Assembly: GCA_051530055.1 (NCBI GenBank) | Contig: CM121342.1 | Coordinates: 3,967,489-4,031,488 of the forward strand | Direction of reading: 5' to 3' | DNA: 64,000 nt | From: Neoechinorhynchus agilis | Lineage: Eukaryota > Animalia > Acanthocephala | Shown here: positions 59,710-64,000 of the stretch, in pieces | Numbering within the stretch: position 1 is the stretch's first letter | How the letters are laid out: every line of letters starts with the position of its first letter | The notes under the pieces: generated by a model | The model's database searches: none | Told to the model about the DNA's origin: nothing | Seen by the model: only the letters and a program-made list of their open reading frames with translations | Program-made: the position numbers and the translations under genes

Positions 59710-62700
59710 ATGACTAACTATTTTTCTGTTTCAACAACGTCTCCGACATCTTCAGTCTCGCATGCTGCGTACATCGAAATCCCGGTATATTCCGAGCAGC
59801 AACAACGTCCTTACCCGGCACTGGTCGTCGGATCGTGCACCGATATCAATATTTACCTGATTGAAAATGGAAATCGATTGATATTGGGCGGTAATTTCGC
59901 CCTTCAAGGATCAATATGCGTCATGAATGTTTTCACATACCACAAAAATCCTTATGTATTTTTAGTCTTACGGAATCTCGAAGCGTATTTCCTAGCTCTG
60001 AAGATTAAAGACAGTCCTCCGCTATCGGTAGTGATCCGACCGATATCCCGAAGCACAATCACAAACGCCCTTGGACACAGCGATGATATCCATTGTCCAT
60101 CCCGTGTAAGTCCGGACGGAAACCTGATTGTGATGAGATTGTTCAACAATTGCCTAACCTGTATATCGGTAAAATACAGTATAGAAAGTCGATGCAGCGC
60201 TGTACAGGACGATGGCTTATTGATCATTGAACAATACACCATATTCGACGGTAACCGCCTAAAGGATTTTCAGTTTATTTCACCACAAAACGGACGACCA
60301 CGGATGATCTGTGCTCATGATGAAGGAATCAGTTTCTCAAAACTAAAGGAAACTAACCAAGAAATCATCCTGGACACAGAAGGTCTCACGCATACTGTAT
60401 TAGCGACTCTCGTCGATCTTATTGAAATTTCCGTTAAGCAACGTATGGCGAATTATATCGTCGAACACAAGTTCCCTTATTCAATCTTCAGTCACATTCT
60501 AGTACCTGCAGAACAACTTACTAAGACCACGATAAAGTACGTCGTTGTTGGCCCAAACTGCGTTGTCCTAATGAACGAAGGACAATATTCAATTTATAGA
60601 TTCCCAGAAAAAGCCGCTGTTTTATGCGCTTGTCTTCTCGAAAACGAGGAGCAAACTTCTACTTTGATCGTGGACGAATTTGGACGACTTTTGAAGGTTT
60701 GTTTAGAACACGCATCTCGGCATGCAAAGGATAAATTGACACCAGTTTAACTCCAAGTTTTTGTAGGTTTTTACAGTTGTCCCAACGAACGAAGGACTCT
60801 ATTCATTTTTTATAGATTCCCCGAAAAATCCGCTGTTTTATGCGCTTGTCTTCTCGACAACTAAAAAGTAAACTTCTACTTTTGATCGTGGACGAATTTG
60901 GACGACTTGTGAAGGTTTGTTTAGAACACGCATCTCGCCATGCAAAGGATAAATTGACACCAGTTTAACTCCAAGTTTTTGTAGGTTTTTACAGTTGTCC
61001 CAACGAACGAAGGACTCTATTCATTTTTTATAGATTCCCCGAAAAATCCGCTGTTTTATGCGCTTGTCTTCTCGAAAACGAGAAGTAAACTTCTACTTTT
61101 GATCGTGGACGAATTTGGACGACTTGTGAAGGTTTGTTTAGAACACGCATCTCGGCATGCAAAGGATAAATTGACACCAGTTTAACTCCAAGTTTTTGTA
61201 GGTTTTTACAGTTGTCCCAACGAACGAAGGACGCTATTCATTTTTTATAGATTCCCCGAAAAATCCGCTGTTTTATGCGCTTGTCTTCTCGAAAACTAAG
61301 AAGTAAACTTCTACTTTTGATCGTGGACGAATTTGGACGACTTGTGAAGGTTTGTTTAGAACACGCATCTCGCCATGCAAAGGATAAATTGACACCAGTT
61401 TAACTCCAAGTTTTTGTAGGTTTTTACAGTTGTCCCAACGAACGAAGGACTCTATTCATTTTTTATAGATTCCCCGAAAAATCCGCTGTTTTATGCGCTT
61501 GTCTTCTCGAAAACGAGAAGTAAACTTCTACTTTTGATCGTGGACGAATTTGGACGACTTGTGAAGGTTTGTTTAGAACACGCATCTCGGCATGCAAAGG
61601 ATAAATTGACACCAGTTTAACTCTTAGTTTTTGTAGGTTTTTACAGTTGTCCCAACGAACGAAGGACTCTATTCATTTTTTATAGATTCCCCGAAAAATC
61701 CGCTGTTTTATGCGCTTGTCTTCTCGAAAACGAGGAGTAAACTTCTACTTTTGATCGTGGACGAATTTGGACGACTTGTGAAGGTTTGTTTAGAACACGC
61801 ATCTCGGCATGCAAAGGATAAATTGACACCAGTTTAACTCCAAGTTTTTGTAGGTTTTTACAGTTGTCCCAACGAACGAAGGACGCTATTCATTTTTTAT
61901 AGATTCCCCGAAAAATCCGCTGTTTTATGCGCTTGTCTTCTCGAAAACGAGAAGTAAACTTCTACTTTTGATCGTGGACGAATTTGGACGACTTGTGAAG
62001 GTTTGTTTAGAACACGCATCTCGGCATGCAAAGGATAAATTGACACCAGTTTAACTCCAAGTTTTTGTAGGTTTTTACAGTTGTCCCAACGAACGAAGGA
62101 CGCTATTCATTTTTTATAGATTCCCCGAAAAATCCGCTGTTTTATGCGCTTGTCTTCTCGAAAACGAGGAGCAAACTTCTACTTTGATCGTGGACGAATT
62201 TGGACGACTTGTGAAGGTTTGTTTAGAACACGCATCTCGGCATGCAAAGGATAAATTGACACCAGTTTAACTCCAAGTTTTTGTAGGTTTTTACAGTTGT
62301 CCCAACGAACGAAGGACGCTATTCATTTTTTATAGATTCCCCGAAAAATCCGCTGTTTTATGCGCTTGTCTTCTCGAAAACGAGGAGTAAACTTCTACTT
62401 TTGATCGTGGACGAATTTGGACGACTTGTGAAGGTTTGTTTAGAACACGCATCTCGGCATGCAAAGGATAAATTGACACCAGTTTAACTCCAAGTTTTTG
62501 TAGGTTTTTACAGTTGTCCCAACGAACGAAGGACGCTATTCATTTTTTATAGATTCCCCGAAAAATCCGCTGTTTTATGCGCTTGTCTTCTCGAAAACTA
62601 GAAGTAAACTTCTACTTTGATCGTGGACGAATTTGGACGACTTGTGAAGGTTTGTTTAGAACACGCATCTCGCCATGCAAAGGATAAATTGACACCAGTT

Positions 62701-64000
62701 TAACTCCAAGTTTTTGTAGGTTTTTACAGTTGTCCCAACGAACGAAGGACTCTATTCATTTTTTATAGATTCCCCGAAAAATCCGCTGTTTTATGCGCTT
62801 GTCTTCTCGAAAACGAGAAGTAAATCACTTTGATCGTGGACGAATTTGGACGACTTTTGAAGGTTTGTTTAGAACACGCATCTCGGCATGCAAAGGATAA
62901 ATTGACACCAGTTTAACTCTTAGTTTTTGTAGGTTTTTACAGTTGTCCCAACGAACGAAGGACGCTATTCATTTTTTATAGATTCCCCGAAAAATCCGCT
63001 GTTTTATGCGCTTGTCTTCTCGAAAACGAGGAGCAAACTTCTACTTTGATCGTGGACGAATTTGGACGACTTGTGAAGGTTTGTTTAGAACACGCATCTC
63101 GCCATGCAAAGGATAAATTGACACCAGTTTAACTCTTAGTTTTTGTAGGTTTTTACAGTTGTCCCAACGAACGAAGGACGCTATTCATTTTTTATAGATT
63201 CCCCGAAAAATCCGCTGTTTTATGCGCTTGTCTTCTCGAAAACGAGGAGCAAACTTCTACTTTTGATCGTGGACGAATTTGGACGACTTTTGAAGGTTTG
63301 TTTAGAACACGCATCTCGGCATGCAAAGGATAAATTGACACCAGTTTAACTCTTAGTTTTTGTAGGTTTTTACAGTTGTCCCAACGAACGAAGGACGCTA
63401 TTCATTTTTGATAGATTCCCCGAAAAATCCGCTGTTTTATGCGCTTGTCTTCTCGACAACTAAAAAGTAAACTTCTACTTTGATCGTGGATGACTTAAGA
63501 AGGGTATTTTAGACCTCGCGCATCTCTCAAATTGAGGAATTTGTATTGTAAAATTCGGATGAAATTGAATGAGATGTCCTGTTAAAGACGGCGAGCCATC
63601 TATGATGCTAATGTGCTCTGTCGGATGTGCCGTATGTATTGTACCGATCGTCGGAACCAACAACCTCTTCTTTGGCTCCACTACAGCAGATAACGTTTTA
63701 TACGAGTACAAAAGAGCTGAGAACTCATTGGTTGAATTGGATCGTTTGGTGAACTTGGGACCGATCGTTGATATGGTCTGTGTTGAGTACGGCATCCGGT
63801 CGATCTTTGTGACATGTTCTGGAGTTCACTCCGGTGGATCCATTGGATTTTCGACCTTACCATCTCATAAAGTCCACATCGATTGCGTCGCTAATGTGAA
63901 GCATGCGAAACAAATATGGCCATTTACTATTGGTGATACCCAATACGCCGTTGTATCGATAGGAAAACGTTCCCGTTTGTTGACATTTGAAGCTGATCGA
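59710..64000 (+). CDS. DDB1: Divergent DNA damage-binding protein 1, interrupted by a tandem exon array and continuing off the window
   Basis: Starts MTNYFSVSTTSPTSSV (cf. MSYNYVVTAQKPTAV); VSPDGNLIVMRLFN; LIVDEFGRLL. An open frame at 63569-64000 has NLGPIVDMVCV...FVTCSG...GSI...KQIWP. Confidence 0.85.
60560..63490 (+). repeat. ~217-bp tandem array (~13.5 copies) of a DDB1 exon segment plus the adjacent intron
   Basis: The unit contains ...NEG..YS..YRFPEK.AVLCACLLEN....LIVDEFGRL.K-coding sequence, then gtttgt...tttttgtag; donor repeats at 60697, 60915, 61132 and onward. Confidence 0.95.

Noticed and set aside
716-60750. Stop-codon reassignment or readthrough to explain premature stops in LARP1, NOL10, PDZD8 and DDB1
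   Set aside because: Most of these stops fall inside identifiable introns, and HSF, MRT4, ATP1B and NOL10 end normally at TAA or TGA. Only the LARP1 case is unresolved.

Overview
Eukaryotic (animal, probably compact-genome invertebrate) DNA: AT-rich, with mostly 40-50 nt GT-AG introns. Recognisable host genes: LARP1, PDZD8, an intronless HSF, NOL10/Enp2, a GID8-like CTLH-CRA protein, a Na/K-ATPase beta subunit, a Tctex-1-type dynein light chain, MRT4, DDB1, two PI31/Fbxo7 (FP)-domain-like paralogues, and two paralogous 48-aa Tyr-rich micro-ORFs. Roughly a third of the window is tandem arrays with about ten unrelated unit sequences (82-372 bp). Several arrays are made from recognisable functional pieces: a Gypsy integrase tail + PPT + LTR start (array bounded by TG...CA and a 4-bp TSD), the 3' end of a CRE-like LINE, the region just upstream of DDB1, and a DDB1 exon + intron. 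Other mobile DNA: CRE-like, CR1/Jockey-like and Penelope-like retroelement relics, a Penelope-associated minimal hammerhead ribozyme, a tRNA-type SINE with a perfect 12-bp TSD, and MITE-like inverted-repeat elements. There is also an unexplained cluster of long hairpins at 28.67-28.93 kb. All assignments come from manual translation and remembered family motifs; no searches were run. Homopolymer indels inside the arrays may be long-read consensus errors.
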